A stretch of 64,000 nt of DNA from Spirochaetia bacterium (GTDB lineage: Bacteria > Spirochaetota > Spirochaetia > SZUA-6 > Bin103). Location of the stretch: the NCBI GenBank assembly GCA_965203905.1, contig CBDBDQ010000005.1:224001-288000 (forward strand), given 5' to 3'. Position 1 is the first letter of the stretch; each line of letters opens with the position of its first letter. The notes below the pieces were generated by a model, which made no database searches, was not told the origin of the DNA, and saw only the letters and a list, made by a program, of their open reading frames with translations. A program made the translations under genes and the position numbers. This document shows, piece after piece, positions 28,846 through 39,544 of this stretch.

Positions 28846-29457
28846 TTAGCCGGCGAAAGCGTTCAGGTAGGGGAGCCGGGCCGCGGTGGCGTCGATCCGG
28901 TCGCGGTTGGCGAGCAGCAGGGTGGTCGAGTCCCAGGTGCCGCGCACCAGGGCGTGGCGAGCCCCGTCCGGCATGTGAGCTGCGAACTGGAGCGCCCCAC
29001 CGGCCACCGTCCCCGCTTCGAGGTCTACGCTCACCTCGGTTTCCGGATGCTGTTCGACCAGCGCCTGCAGCCGTTCGACGTCGGCATCGGCGGCTCGTAC
29101 CGCGGGAATCCCCAGCACCGTGCAGTTGCCGGCGAAGATCTCCGCGAACGACACACCCACCAGGGCGCGGATGCCGAACCGCTGCAGCGCCTGCGGCGCG
29201 TGCTCGCGCGAGGAACCGCAGCCGAAGTTGCGCCCCACCAGCAGGATCGAGCCGCCCTCGTAGCGGGGGTCGTCGAATGGGTGAGTACGCCCGGCCTTGC
29301 GCTCGGCGGCGCGCTCGTCGATGAACGCGGCCTCTCCCAGGCCGTCGAAGGTCACGTTTTTCAGGTAGCGGGCGGGGATGATCCGATCGGTATCGATATC
29401 GTTGCCCGGCATCGGTATAGCGCGGCCGGTGGTCAGCGCACGCACGGCATCGCTCAT
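28846..29457 (-). CDS. leuD: 3-isopropylmalate dehydratase small subunit
   Basis: DIDTDRIIPARYL, NFGCGSSREHAPQAL, SFAEIF.GN. Confidence 0.97.
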   Translation of the reverse strand: MSDAVRALTTGRAIPMPGNDIDTDRIIPARYLKNVTFDGLGEAAFIDERAAERKAGRTHPFDDPRYEGGSILLVGRNFGCGSSREHAPQALQRFGIRALVGVSFAEIFAGNCTVLGIPAVRAADADVERLQALVEQHPETEVSVDLEAGTVAGGALQFAAHMPDGARHALVRGTWDSTTLLLANRDRIDATAARLPYLNAFAG

Positions 29458-29584
29458 GGCCGACTATCGACGGCCGAGCGCGGGCCGCCCTCCGATCGGA
29501 AGAATCGATATGGCAAGTACATCAGGGCCGTACCATATCCCAACACCGGCGACGACACCAGAGCCCCCAAGCCTCTCAAGCATC

Positions 29585-30031
29585 TCACGACTCACTCCCA
29601 ACACCGCCGATAACCGCGACCACGGGACCTAAGGCTCCCAGAAGGAAACGAAGGAAGTCTTCCAGGATACCATTAGTGCGATTGTCGGGCATCAGCCAGA
29701 CGCCTGCACGTGGCAGTAGCGTACTCCCGGGCGCTTCAAGAATAGTACCATCGACGAATGGTTCTTCCGGTACGTTCTCGTAACCTGCGCTCACAAAGAT
29801 GTCATGCACCGAACGCCACCGGGCATCGATTCGCTCGTCGGCATCCACCACAACGCCCACGACATCGCCCTCTTGGCTTGCTTTGAGCTGAACCGGGAAT
29901 GCTGCGAGAAGACTCTCCACGTCGCCGTGCGGACGTACGTCGTCCAGTTTCGGCACACCGCGATTGCCACATATATGCATCATTACGTGGGCATCGTTGT
30001 TGCCTTCGACGAGCAGTATCCTTCGGCTCAA
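29585..30031 (-). pseudogene. DUF3226-like (TOPRIM-related) ATPase partner, probably C-terminally truncated
   Basis: LLVEGNND, GVVVDAD, GVWLMPDN...GILEDFL; recognisable similarity stops abruptly at ~29640; ATGA overlap with the ATPase. Confidence 0.65.
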
Positions 30032-31131
30032 ATTCCGCGCACCTCGATTCTCTCTCGGGCAGCTACGGCGACTTCTTTTTCCGCAAATACCGTAGGCACG
30101 ATCTCGTCTCCTAGGCGTGTCAGGCGTAACAGGACACCAACTTCGGGACTTTCCTCGGCCGCCTGCTGGAACGCCTCGATCGTGTCCCAGCTATGCGTGG
30201 TTGCAAACACCTGCGTGTCGAGTCTCTGGGCCAAACAGAATATGATGCGCCATGCGTTGAGCTGAGCGGTATGGTGCAGCCCATTCTCGAATTCATCGAC
30301 CAACATCAGCCGGCCGCGGGCGTTCACGAGTGCAAGAATCATCGCGAACAAGCGATTCATCCCGTCGCCCAACAGTCGCATCGGAACGGGACGCGCCAAG
30401 TCGTCGGTTCGGACAAAGGCGGTACGCCGCATACGAGCCCCCTCTCCGCCCACCATCGTAACCTTGGATACGTGGGGATCGATGATCCGGAGCGCGTCCA
30501 CGACCTCCTGCTCGTTGTCGGAGAGTGCGATTCCATCCCACAGCGTCCCCAGCTCTGCAGTGCTGTCGCCGCTGTTCGCACCGATGAAGAAGCAGCCGAT
30601 CCCAGGGCGCCGTGAGCCAGACACATGAAGGGAAAAGCCTGAGTCGAGGTTTTCGATCTCATGGATACGGGTACCGGCGGGAGTCGTGATCACAATGGAA
30701 GCTGCACCCTCGGGTTCATCCGGACCGTGTTCCTCGAACCGAAGATTCCCTCTCTCGTCCCGCTTACGCGAGAACCAACTGACGTGAATTGACACTTCTT
30801 TGGGGTCAATGCCGCCGTCAGTGGAAATGACTAGTGGATCAGGACGTTCGGTTATTTCTGGGAATCCGTGGAACAGACCGGAGAACTGGTAGAGCGGACG
30901 GTCGGATTGTGCTGCTTCCGGTCCGGTACTATACTCCTCACGATTGCCAAGTATTCTTTGCAACTCATCGAGCGCTGCACCCGTAGCGAGAATACGGATC
31001 CCTTCGAGAAATGACGACTTTCCGGTGTTGTTCTTGCCGGTGATCAGATTCACGCGCCCGAGCCCTTGCACGTGCAACTTACGGAACGTGCGGAATCGCG
31101 CGAGAGTTACATTCTCGATCTTGATGTCCAT
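30028..31131 (-). CDS. ABC-type/AAA_21 ATPase inserted between leuC and leuD
   Basis: GKNNTGKS, GDGMNRL, LVDEFENGLH, ATTHS; GGAGGAGG RBS; lower GC. Confidence 0.88.
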   Translation of the reverse strand: MDIKIENVTLARFRTFRKLHVQGLGRVNLITGKNNTGKSSFLEGIRILATGAALDELQRILGNREEYSTGPEAAQSDRPLYQFSGLFHGFPEITERPDPLVISTDGGIDPKEVSIHVSWFSRKRDERGNLRFEEHGPDEPEGAASIVITTPAGTRIHEIENLDSGFSLHVSGSRRPGIGCFFIGANSGDSTAELGTLWDGIALSDNEQEVVDALRIIDPHVSKVTMVGGEGARMRRTAFVRTDDLARPVPMRLLGDGMNRLFAMILALVNARGRLMLVDEFENGLHHTAQLNAWRIIFCLAQRLDTQVFATTHSWDTIEAFQQAAEESPEVGVLLRLTRLGDEIVPTVFAEKEVAVAARERIEVRGI

Positions 31132-31215
31132 CGCAAGTGTCCTCCTCCACAGCGCCGGTCACGGCGTTTGGTGGACCCACCGTATCCCAACCAGCGGAAG
31201 TACACCGGAGTTCGG

Positions 31216-32622
31216 TCAGTTCAGCAGTTCGCGGACATCGGTGACGGCGCCATTTACGGCGGCGGCGGCGACCATGGCCGGACTCATCAGCAGGGTGCGG
31301 CCGGTGGGGGAACCCTGGCGGCCGATGAAGTTGCGGTTGGAGGAGGATGCGCTCACCTGCTCTCCCACCAGCTTGTCGGCGTTCATGGCCAGGCACATGG
31401 AGCAGCCGGCGCCGCGCCACTCGAACCCGGCCTCGGTGAAGACCTCCGGCAGCCCCTCGGCCGCCGCCTGCTGCGCGATCTGCCGGGAGCCGGGCACCAC
31501 CAGCGCCTTGACGCGCCGGTCGACCTTCTGGCCGCGCACCACACGTGCCGCCTCGCGCAGGTCGGTGAGGCGGCTGTTGGTGCAGGAGCCGATGAACGCC
31601 ACGTCGATCCTGGTGCCGGCGATGGGGTCGTTCTCGGTCAGGCCCATGTGCCGGTAGGCCGCGGCGGCCGTGTCCTTCTCATCGGCGGCCACGGCGGACA
31701 GCCGCGGCAGCCGGTCCGACACGCCCAGCGACTGGCCCGGGTTGATGCCCCAGGTGACCACCGGCTCGATCTCCTCCGCGCGCAGCACCACCTCGTCGTC
31801 GAACCGGGCATCGTCGGCCGAAGCGATCGAGCGCCAGTATTCGTCGGCGCGCTCCAGCGCCGCGCCGCTCGGGGCGTAGGGCCGGCCGCGCACGTAGTCG
31901 GCGGTGGTGCGGTCGGGGTTGACGTAGCCGACCCGCGCGCCGCCCTCGATGCTCATGTTGCAGATCGACATGCGCTCGTCCATCGACAGCGCCTCGACGG
32001 CGGAGCCGGCGTACTCGTAGGCGTAGCCGATGCCGCCCTTCACGCCCAGGGTGGCGATGATGGAGAGGATGATGTCCTTGGCGTACACGCCGGTGCCGAG
32101 GGCTCCTTCCACGCGGATGCGGCGCACCTTGGGCTTGGTCACCGCCAGCGTCTGGGTGGCCAGCACGTCGCGCACCTGGGAGGTGCCGATGCCGAAGGCG
32201 ATGGTGCCGAAGGCGCCGTGGGTGGAGGTATGGGAGTCCCCGCAGGCGATGGTCATGCCCGGCTGGGTGAGGCCCAGCTCCGGCCCGATGACGTGGACGA
32301 TCCCCTGGTACTCCGAGTCCAGGCCGAAGAAGGCGATGTCGTGCGCGGCGGCGTTGCGCTCCAGCGCCTGGTACATCTCCTCGGCCAGCGGATCGCTCAG
32401 CGGCCGCTGCTGGCGGTCGGTGGGCACGATGTGGTCCACCGTGGCGAAGGTGCGCTCGGGGTGCAGCACCGGCAGGCCGCGTTCCTCCAGCATCTGGAAC
32501 GCCTGCGGCGAGGTCACCTCGTGCACCAGGTGCAGACCGATGAACAACTGGGTCTCGCCGGTCTCCAGGGTGCCGACGGTATGCAGATCCCAGATCTTGT
32601 CGAACAACGTAGCTTGCGACAT
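31216..32622 (-). CDS. leuC: 3-isopropylmalate dehydratase large subunit
   Basis: [48 protein letters not shown]. Confidence 0.98.
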   Translation of the reverse strand: MSQATLFDKIWDLHTVGTLETGETQLFIGLHLVHEVTSPQAFQMLEERGLPVLHPERTFATVDHIVPTDRQQRPLSDPLAEEMYQALERNAAAHDIAFFGLDSEYQGIVHVIGPELGLTQPGMTIACGDSHTSTHGAFGTIAFGIGTSQVRDVLATQTLAVTKPKVRRIRVEGALGTGVYAKDIILSIIATLGVKGGIGYAYEYAGSAVEALSMDERMSICNMSIEGGARVGYVNPDRTTADYVRGRPYAPSGAALERADEYWRSIASADDARFDDEVVLRAEEIEPVVTWGINPGQSLGVSDRLPRLSAVAADEKDTAAAAYRHMGLTENDPIAGTRIDVAFIGSCTNSRLTDLREAARVVRGQKVDRRVKALVVPGSRQIAQQAAAEGLPEVFTEAGFEWRGAGCSMCLAMNADKLVGEQVSASSSNRNFIGRQGSPTGRTLLMSPAMVAAAAVNGAVTDVRELLN

Positions 32623-32744
32623 GGGTGCCTCAAGGTATCGCAACGGCGCCCCGGCGACAATGCGCCAGCAACCACGCTTCATGTATGCCGCGTAGCGACC
32701 TGCCGAACGCCGAGCACACTGCCGCAGGTCCGCAACCTATGCTG

Positions 32745-33455
32745 CTACCCTTCCTTGATCACCCGTCCCGAGCCCGAGGTGCGCACGTCTACCCGCGTCG
32801 GTGAACCACGGTAGCGGATCGTTCCCGACCCCGAGATGCTGCCGGTAAGGTCGCCGCTTCCCAGCGTCAGCAGCCCATCACCGGAACCTCCGATCCTCAC
32901 TTCCGCGCCCGTAAACGTGCACCCTCGCAGGTCAGCCGAGCCCGAGCCGCTGATGCTAACAGAGACGCCATCTCCCTTACAGGCCGGGGCTTCGCCGTGG
33001 ATGAAAACGTCTCCCGAACCGCTGATCGAGATCGTGGCGCCAGCGAGCTTACAACCCTCTACGGTGATGTCGCCGGAGCCGGAGACATCGGCCTCCAACG
33101 CGCCCACCCGGCAACCGTTCACATGTACACTTCCCGAGCCCGACACGCCGAGTTCCAGCGTCGGCGCCTCGAACCCGTGGGCGGCCACCTGACCACTGCC
33201 GCTGACCTGAACCCGTTCCAGCTCTGGCAGCGACACCCGTGCGCGCAGACTCACGCGCCGGAACCACCTCGCCCCTTGCCGCAGGCCGAACCGCAGCGTG
33301 TTGCCGCGCAGTTCCACGCGCACGTCGTCGCGCACGTTGTCGTCGACCTCCACCTCGACGGCGAAGGCTCCCGGCGCTGCCTCAATCCGAGGAAGCAGCG
33401 CGATACACACCCGCAAGCGAGCGGACGGGACAGCACCGATCCCGTTTCGCCCCAC
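32745..33455 (-). CDS. DUF2807/GIN beta-helical protein, apparently lacking its N-terminal signal region
   Basis: Repeated (I/V)SGSG motifs, VDDN motif, C-terminal I.Y.GSP; N-terminus lacks a signal peptide, start uncertain. Confidence 0.7.
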   Translation of the reverse strand: MGRNGIGAVPSARLRVCIALLPRIEAAPGAFAVEVEVDDNVRDDVRVELRGNTLRFGLRQGARWFRRVSLRARVSLPELERVQVSGSGQVAAHGFEAPTLELGVSGSGSVHVNGCRVGALEADVSGSGDITVEGCKLAGATISISGSGDVFIHGEAPACKGDGVSVSISGSGSADLRGCTFTGAEVRIGGSGDGLLTLGSGDLTGSISGSGTIRYRGSPTRVDVRTSGSGRVIKEG

Positions 33456-33522
33456 TCGCTCAGTTGACGAGGGGAGTCATATGGGGTAGCAGTGGCGGTC
33501 AGGACTTTTTGAGGAGGTTCCC

Positions 33523-35586
33523 ATGACTCACACAGCCAGATACGTCGTCGCCACCTTGGCGCTGCTGCTCGTCGGCGCCCTGCCACTGGCGGCAAGCGGT
33601 GCCGAGGAGGAGGGCGCGATGGGCGCCCAGGCCAACATGGCACTCAGCACGGTGGAGGGCGAACCCTACGTCGACCATATCCACGCCACGCCCGAGGCCT
33701 ACGCGGCCGCGACCGGAAACACCATCGACCGGTTCTTCGAAGCGCCGATGCTGGCCGCCCTGGTAGCCGAGGGCAAGTTGCCGCCGGTGGAAGAGCGCAT
33801 TGGCCAGGATCCGCAGGTGGTGCGTCCCGCGTTCGAAATCGGTCAATACGGCGGTGTGCTGCAGGATGCCGGTCCCGAATTCGAGTCCGGCCAGATCATC
33901 GAGGAGTCGCAGCAGCCGATGGCGAAGTGGCCGCCGGATGCATCGGTCTTCTTTCCCAACATCCCGAAGTCATGGGAGCTTTCAGCCGACGAAAAGGTGT
34001 TCACCCTGCACCTCCGGCGCGGCATGAAGTGGTCCGACGGCGACGACTTCGACGCCGAGGACTTCGAGTTCTTCTACGAGAGCATTCTGAAGAACGAGGC
34101 GATCACCGCGATCGTACCCGAGCCCCGCGAGCGCTATCGCCCGGGCGGCGAGCTGATGACCATGCGCGTCATCGATCGCTACACGGTCGAGTACACCTTC
34201 GCGGTTCCGTTCTTCAACGCGACCCGGGGCGGCTGGGCGCGCGGGCGTGCCTTCGCTCCGGCACACTACCTCGGCCAGTACCACGTCGATCACAACCCCG
34301 ACGCGGCCAGCTTGGCGAAGGAGGAGGGCTACGAGACCTGGATGGAGGCGTTCGCCGCCCACCACTCCGACCGCGGGCACACCGGATCCCTGCCGGTGGC
34401 CTATCGCTTCACGGACCTTCCGGTAACCGACATCTTCGTGCTCAAGGAAGACAATCCCGGCGTGCAGTATTGGGAACGCAATCCCTACTACTGGAAGATC
34501 GATACCGCCGGCAACCAGCTCCCCTACGCCGACGGGGTGCAGCAACTGAAGCTGGAGAACCCGGCCCAGGTCATTCCCGGCAAGGTGATGGCAGGGGAGA
34601 TCGACTGGCCCGGCTTCTGGATGATGGATCCGGCCGAGTTGCCGGTCTACCGGCGCAATGAAGACTCCGGCGGGTACCAGGCCCACCTGTGGACCAACGA
34701 ATCCACCTCCACGACGCTGGCGATCGCGTTCAACTACACCCACAAGGATCCGGTCAAGCGGGAGATCTTCAACGACCTGCGGTTCCGTCAGGCAATGTCG
34801 CTGGCGATCAACCGCCAGGAGATGAGCGACAAGCTGTTCCTGGGCCAGGTCGAACCGTTCATTCCGTCGGTGCCGCGCCACTGGACCGGCTTCGAGGACT
34901 GGATGGCCACGCACTACGCCGAGTACGACGTGGAGCGCGCCAACGAGTTGCTGGACGAGATGGGCCTGGAGTGGGATGCCGATCGCAAGTGGCGGCTGCA
35001 GCCGGACGGCAAGCCGATCTTCATCGACGGCACGCACCTGCACTCCAGCCAGACCCTCATCGACGCCATCGACCTCCTGGCCACCTACTGGGCGGCAGTC
35101 GGGGTGAGGATGGAGCCCAAGCGGGTGCAGTATCCGCTGTGGTTCGAGCTGGGACAGGCGAACGAGCTGGACGCCGCGTTCGATCGTACCGGCGGCGGCG
35201 CCGAGGTCACGGCCCAGTCAGCCTACCCGTTGCGCCTCATCCCGCCGTGGCACTGGATTCACTGCTGCCCCGTGGCGGCCTATCCGTGGGGCCAGTGGTA
35301 TCACAGCGGCGGCGCCGAGGGCGAAGAGCCGCCGCCCGAGATCAAGCGCCTGTTTGAAATCACCGACGAGTGGCTGGCGGCCCGGCCCGGCACGCCCGAG
35401 TACGAGGCGGCGTCGAACGAGCTGCTCACCCTGAACGTCGAGGGCATGTACCTGGTCGGGACGGTGAGCAATCCGCCGGTGGTGGTGGCCGTGAACAACC
35501 GTATCGGCAACGTGCCGGAGAAGAGCTTCTTCCTGCTCAGCGCCGCGGAGCCGTTCAACATGGACACGCTCTACATCAAGCAGTAG
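33523..35586 (+). CDS. ABC transporter substrate-binding protein, family 5
   Basis: Signal peptide, GKLPPVEERI, KWSDG, ERNPYYWKIDTAGNQLPY, FRQAMSLAINR; GAGGAGG RBS. Confidence 0.92.
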   Translation: MTHTARYVVATLALLLVGALPLAASGAEEEGAMGAQANMALSTVEGEPYVDHIHATPEAYAAATGNTIDRFFEAPMLAALVAEGKLPPVEERIGQDPQVVRPAFEIGQYGGVLQDAGPEFESGQIIEESQQPMAKWPPDASVFFPNIPKSWELSADEKVFTLHLRRGMKWSDGDDFDAEDFEFFYESILKNEAITAIVPEPRERYRPGGELMTMRVIDRYTVEYTFAVPFFNATRGGWARGRAFAPAHYLGQYHVDHNPDAASLAKEEGYETWMEAFAAHHSDRGHTGSLPVAYRFTDLPVTDIFVLKEDNPGVQYWERNPYYWKIDTAGNQLPYADGVQQLKLENPAQVIPGKVMAGEIDWPGFWMMDPAELPVYRRNEDSGGYQAHLWTNESTSTTLAIAFNYTHKDPVKREIFNDLRFRQAMSLAINRQEMSDKLFLGQVEPFIPSVPRHWTGFEDWMATHYAEYDVERANELLDEMGLEWDADRKWRLQPDGKPIFIDGTHLHSSQTLIDAIDLLATYWAAVGVRMEPKRVQYPLWFELGQANELDAAFDRTGGGAEVTAQSAYPLRLIPPWHWIHCCPVAAYPWGQWYHSGGAEGEEPPPEIKRLFEITDEWLAARPGTPEYEAASNELLTLNVEGMYLVGTVSNPPVVVAVNNRIGNVPEKSFFLLSAAEPFNMDTLYIKQ

Positions 35587-35612
35587 GCGCGCCGGGCCGG
35601 CGCGACTGCACT

Positions 35613-35654
35613 GAGAGGGGCCCGAGCAGGTTCGCCAGCCGCTCGGGCCTCCCT
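35613..35654 (+). terminator. Intercistronic hairpin downstream of SBP gene
   Basis: Inverted repeat ggcccgagc/gctcgggcc with extended purine/pyrimidine flanks. Confidence 0.45.
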
Positions 35655-35668
35655 CGGTACACCAACCG

Positions 35669-36661
35669 ATGACCAGCTACATCCTGCGCCGCGTGATCTA
35701 CATGCTCCTCCTCATGTGGCTGCTCACGGTGGTTTCGTTCGTAATCATCCAGTTGCCCAAGGGTGATTACGTTTCCACCATCGCCCTCAAGCTGTCGATC
35801 CGCGGCGAGGAGGTGAGCAGGGAACTGCTCGATGGCCTGCGCCGGCGCTACGGTCTCGACCGCCCGATGCACATTCAGTATCTCAAGTGGTTCGGCAACG
35901 TCCTGCAGGGCGAGTTCGGACATTCGTTCCTGCTCGGCAAGCCGGTGCACGAGGTCATCGGCGAGCGGCTGGCACTCACCATGCTGATATCGGTGTGCTC
36001 GCTCGCGTTCACCTACTGCATGGCGATTCCCATCGGGATCTACTCCGCGACCCACCAGTATCGTCCGGGCGACTACCTGTTCATGGTGCTCGGATTCATC
36101 GGTCTGGCCACGCCGAACTTCCTGCTCGCAGTCATCTTCATGTTCTTTTCTCTCGAGGTGGGCCTGAGCGTGGGCGGGCTGTTCTCTCCGGAGTACATGC
36201 GCGCCGGGTGGAGCCTGGGGAAACTGCTCGACCTGGTGAAGCACCTGCCGCTCCCGGTAGTGATCGTGGGGACCGCGGGTACCGCCGGCCTGATCCGGAT
36301 CATGCGCGGACAATTGCTGGACGAGCTGGAACGCCAGTACGTGATCACGGCGCGCGCCAAGGGGGTCCGGGAAGGTACGCTGCTGTTCAAGTATCCGGTC
36401 CGCGTCGCAATCAACCCCATGATCAGCACCGTGGGCTGGCTGCTGCCCACCATCGTGTCCGGAGAGATAATCGTTTCCCTGGTGCTGGGGCTGCCAACCG
36501 TGGGTCCGTTGCTGTTCACGGCGCTCACCAGTGAGGACATGTTCCTGGCGGCGACGTTGCTGCTGTTTCTCAACTTTCTCACGGTGATAGGCACCTTGAT
36601 CTCGGACATCCTGCTGACCATGACCGATCCGCGGATTCGATTTACCGCGCAGAACGCATGA
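35669..36661 (+). CDS. Dpp/Opp-type ABC permease B
   Basis: YILRR, YGLDRP, TARAKG EAA loop, DPRIR end. Confidence 0.92.
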   Translation: MTSYILRRVIYMLLLMWLLTVVSFVIIQLPKGDYVSTIALKLSIRGEEVSRELLDGLRRRYGLDRPMHIQYLKWFGNVLQGEFGHSFLLGKPVHEVIGERLALTMLISVCSLAFTYCMAIPIGIYSATHQYRPGDYLFMVLGFIGLATPNFLLAVIFMFFSLEVGLSVGGLFSPEYMRAGWSLGKLLDLVKHLPLPVVIVGTAGTAGLIRIMRGQLLDELERQYVITARAKGVREGTLLFKYPVRVAINPMISTVGWLLPTIVSGEIIVSLVLGLPTVGPLLFTALTSEDMFLAATLLLFLNFLTVIGTLISDILLTMTDPRIRFTAQNA

Positions 36662-37782
36662 GTGCCCCGGCAGCCGAGCGCAGCGATGCCGACGCCGCGG
36701 TCGAGGCCTACTACATCGCCTCGCAGTGGCAACTCATGTGGCGCAAGTTCCGGCGTCATCACCTGGCGATCGTCGGGGCGATCATCCTCGGGGTGTTCTA
36801 CCTGACGGCAGTCTTCTGCGGCTTCTTCTCGCCCTATCCGCCCGATCAGTTGATCGGGGACGCCGGCCACCATCCGCCGTCCCGCATCCGCCTGTTCCAC
36901 GAAGGACGACTGGTGGGTCCGTTCGTCTATGGCATCGCCTCCGAGGTGGATCAGGAGGCGTTCATCAGGGTCTACACCGAGGATCGCAGCGTTCGGTTTC
37001 CGCTGCGCTTCTTCACGAGCGGTGCGGAGTACCGTCTGCTCGGGTTGTTCCCGAGCCGGGTGCGGCTGTTCGGCGTGGAAGCGCCGGGTGCGGTGTTTCT
37101 GTTCGGCAGCGACAAGCTGAGCCGCGACCTGTTCTCGCGCACCATCTGCGCGGCCCGCATTTCGCTCTCGATCGGGCTCCTGGGCGTGGCGTCCTCGTTC
37201 GTCATCGGGGTCGCTTTGGGGGGTCTCTCGGGCTACTACGGCGGACGCGTGGACATGCTCATCCAGCGCATCATCGAGTTTCTCATCTCCATTCCTACCA
37301 TTCCACTGTGGATGGCACTCGCCGCCGCGCTGCCCCGCGAGTGGAGCGTGATTCAGATCTACTTCGCCATCGTGCTGATCCTGTCGCTGGTGAAGTGGGG
37401 CGGACTGGCGCGGGTGGTGCGCGGAAAACTGCTGGAGCTGCGGGAGCACGACTTCACGATGGCTGCGCGCATCGCCGGGATGCGTGAGATCGGCATCATC
37501 GGCCGCCACCTGCTCCCCTCCTTCGCCAGCTACCTCATCGTGCACCTGACGCTGGCGGTACCCGACATGATCATTGCCGAAACGGCGCTCAGCTTCCTCG
37601 GACTCGGGATGCAGAGCCCCGCGCTGAGCTGGGGAGTATTGCTGCAGCGGGCGCAGAATTTTCGCAGCATCGCCGTGTTTCCGTGGCTGCTGATCCCCGC
37701 GCTGTTCGTGGTCATCACCGTTATGGCGTTCAACTTCCTGGGCGACGGCCTGCGCGATGCGGCCGATCCCTACAAGCGATGA
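36658..37782 (+). CDS. Dpp/Opp-type ABC permease C
   Basis: WRKFRRH, FGSDKLSRD, ETALSFLGLG, GDGLRDAADPY. Confidence 0.92.
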   Translation: MSAPAAERSDADAAVEAYYIASQWQLMWRKFRRHHLAIVGAIILGVFYLTAVFCGFFSPYPPDQLIGDAGHHPPSRIRLFHEGRLVGPFVYGIASEVDQEAFIRVYTEDRSVRFPLRFFTSGAEYRLLGLFPSRVRLFGVEAPGAVFLFGSDKLSRDLFSRTICAARISLSIGLLGVASSFVIGVALGGLSGYYGGRVDMLIQRIIEFLISIPTIPLWMALAAALPREWSVIQIYFAIVLILSLVKWGGLARVVRGKLLELREHDFTMAARIAGMREIGIIGRHLLPSFASYLIVHLTLAVPDMIIAETALSFLGLGMQSPALSWGVLLQRAQNFRSIAVFPWLLIPALFVVITVMAFNFLGDGLRDAADPYKR

Positions 37783-37783
37783 T

Positions 37784-39505
37784 TCACCCGTTCGCCGGGA
37801 GCGTCCGCAGCAAACCTCGAGGCGTGATCACGACCGTCTGCCGGGTGGCCACCTCGACGAACTCGGTGCGCGATCCGTCGGGCCAGTCCACCCGCAGTTC
37901 GGGGACGCTGTCGGCCTCCGCGAGTCCGAAGTGGGCGGACAGCTCGGCGACGCTGAGATAGGTGCTGCCGCCGTGTATCAGGCGGTGCTGCCACTGGTCT
38001 CCCAACCGTACCGACACCCGCGCGCCGAACCCGTTCGGAGCCAGGTGAGGGTGCCCGCCGGTGTCCAGAAACACCCGCAGCCATGCCGTGCGTGGGCCGC
38101 CCAGGTCGTTCCGGTACAGGTTGACCGGCCCGAGCTGATTGAAGATCAGGATGTCCTGGTCGCCGTCGTTGTCGAAGTCGGCGTTGACCAGGCCGCGCCC
38201 CTGCCCGGTGTGTGACAGCCCGTGGGCGCCGGAGGCGTTGGCGAAGAGGAGCGGTCCGGAGCCCGCCTGGCGGTTCAGGTACACGCGCGTGATCTCGTGG
38301 TCCCACTCCAGCTCGTAGTCGAGGTTGCGTTTCGGCCAGCCGTTGGTGGCCACGAGGTCGAGGCGCAGGTCGTGGTCGAGATCCACGGCCACCGTGCCCC
38401 ACCCCCAGCCACCGTCGCTGACCCTGGCCTCGCGTGCCGCTTCGACGAAGCGGTGCTGTCCCCGGTTGAGGTACAGCATGTTGCCGCTGCCCACCAGGCG
38501 CACCGGCTCGTCCACCTGCACCGAGGTGACGTACCAGTCGAGCAGCCCGTCGTTGTCGAGGTCGCCGACGGCGCTGCCCATGCCGTTGGCATCGAGGCCG
38601 GTGCCGGAGACGGGGGTCAGGTCCGAGAACGTCCCGTTGCCGTTGTTCCGGAAGTAGCGGCTCATGCCGAAGTCGGCCACCAGCAGCAGCTCGGGGTAGC
38701 GGTCGCCATCCATGTCGGCGAAGGTGGCGCCGAAGCCCATCACGTCCGTCTCCACGCCCGCGCCCCCCGTCACCAGCGCGAACGTGCCGTCGCCGTTGTT
38801 GCGGTACAGGACGTTGCCGAACGAGCCGGGCAGGTAGCCGGTCACGAACAGGTCCAGGTCGCCGTCCAGGTCGTAGTCACCGAAGGCCGCCCCCATGCCG
38901 TCCGCGCTGTCCCGCGAGGAGTATGCGACTCCCGCACTGCCCGCTACCTCCGTAAAGGTGGGCACGCCCACGCCGCGCTCACTCACGCCGCCGGTCCCAT
39001 TGTTGCGGTAGAGCCGGTGGCGGCCGGGCACGGCCGGCACTCCCGCCTCGCCCAGGCTGGTGACGAACAGGTCGAGCCAGCCGTCCCCGTCGTAGTCGCC
39101 GACCGCGGCACCGATGCCACGGTGGGCTGCCGCCAGCCCCGCCTCCCGCGCGTGGTCGCTGAAGGTGCCGTCGCCGTTGTTCAGGTAGAGCGCGTCCGGA
39201 GCGCCGCCTCCGGCGAGGAACAGCAGGTCCTGCCAGCCGTCGTTGTTGAAGTCGCCCACGGCGCCGCCGCCCCCCATCGCCGGAACCCCGTCCGGCAACG
39301 GCGCACGGGCCGCGGTTAGCGCCGCGGCGCCACTGACGTCCGTGAACCTGAGTTCGCCGTGGGCGTCGCTGGCGGCGGCATGAAGCGCGACGGCGAGGAC
39401 CGCGGCGCCCAACCTGCTCCGTGCGCTGCAACTCGCCCTGCCGGCCGGCGCCTCGCACGACCCGCGCGGCCGGAGGGCGACTATGCTGCCTGCGCCGGAA
39501 GTCAC
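37784..39505 (-). CDS. CRTAC1/ASPIC-UnbV family FG-GAP repeat protein
   Basis: Multiple GD(F/Y)(N/D)xDGxxDL and LY.NNGDGTF repeats; C-terminal GARV...HFGL...V.WPDG. Confidence 0.88.
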   Translation of the reverse strand: MTSGAGSIVALRPRGSCEAPAGRASCSARSRLGAAVLAVALHAAASDAHGELRFTDVSGAAALTAARAPLPDGVPAMGGGGAVGDFNNDGWQDLLFLAGGGAPDALYLNNGDGTFSDHAREAGLAAAHRGIGAAVGDYDGDGWLDLFVTSLGEAGVPAVPGRHRLYRNNGTGGVSERGVGVPTFTEVAGSAGVAYSSRDSADGMGAAFGDYDLDGDLDLFVTGYLPGSFGNVLYRNNGDGTFALVTGGAGVETDVMGFGATFADMDGDRYPELLLVADFGMSRYFRNNGNGTFSDLTPVSGTGLDANGMGSAVGDLDNDGLLDWYVTSVQVDEPVRLVGSGNMLYLNRGQHRFVEAAREARVSDGGWGWGTVAVDLDHDLRLDLVATNGWPKRNLDYELEWDHEITRVYLNRQAGSGPLLFANASGAHGLSHTGQGRGLVNADFDNDGDQDILIFNQLGPVNLYRNDLGGPRTAWLRVFLDTGGHPHLAPNGFGARVSVRLGDQWQHRLIHGGSTYLSVAELSAHFGLAEADSVPELRVDWPDGSRTEFVEVATRQTVVITPRGLLRTLPANG

Positions 39506-39544
39506 GATCCTCTGATCTGGCGCCGGCTGGCCACCGGCGGGCTC

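Noticed and set aside
29539-29615. Imperfect direct repeat cccaacacc(g/c)..cga near the cassette/leuD boundary as a possible att site
   Set aside because: Short, both copies on the same side, no convincing counterpart at the leuC side.
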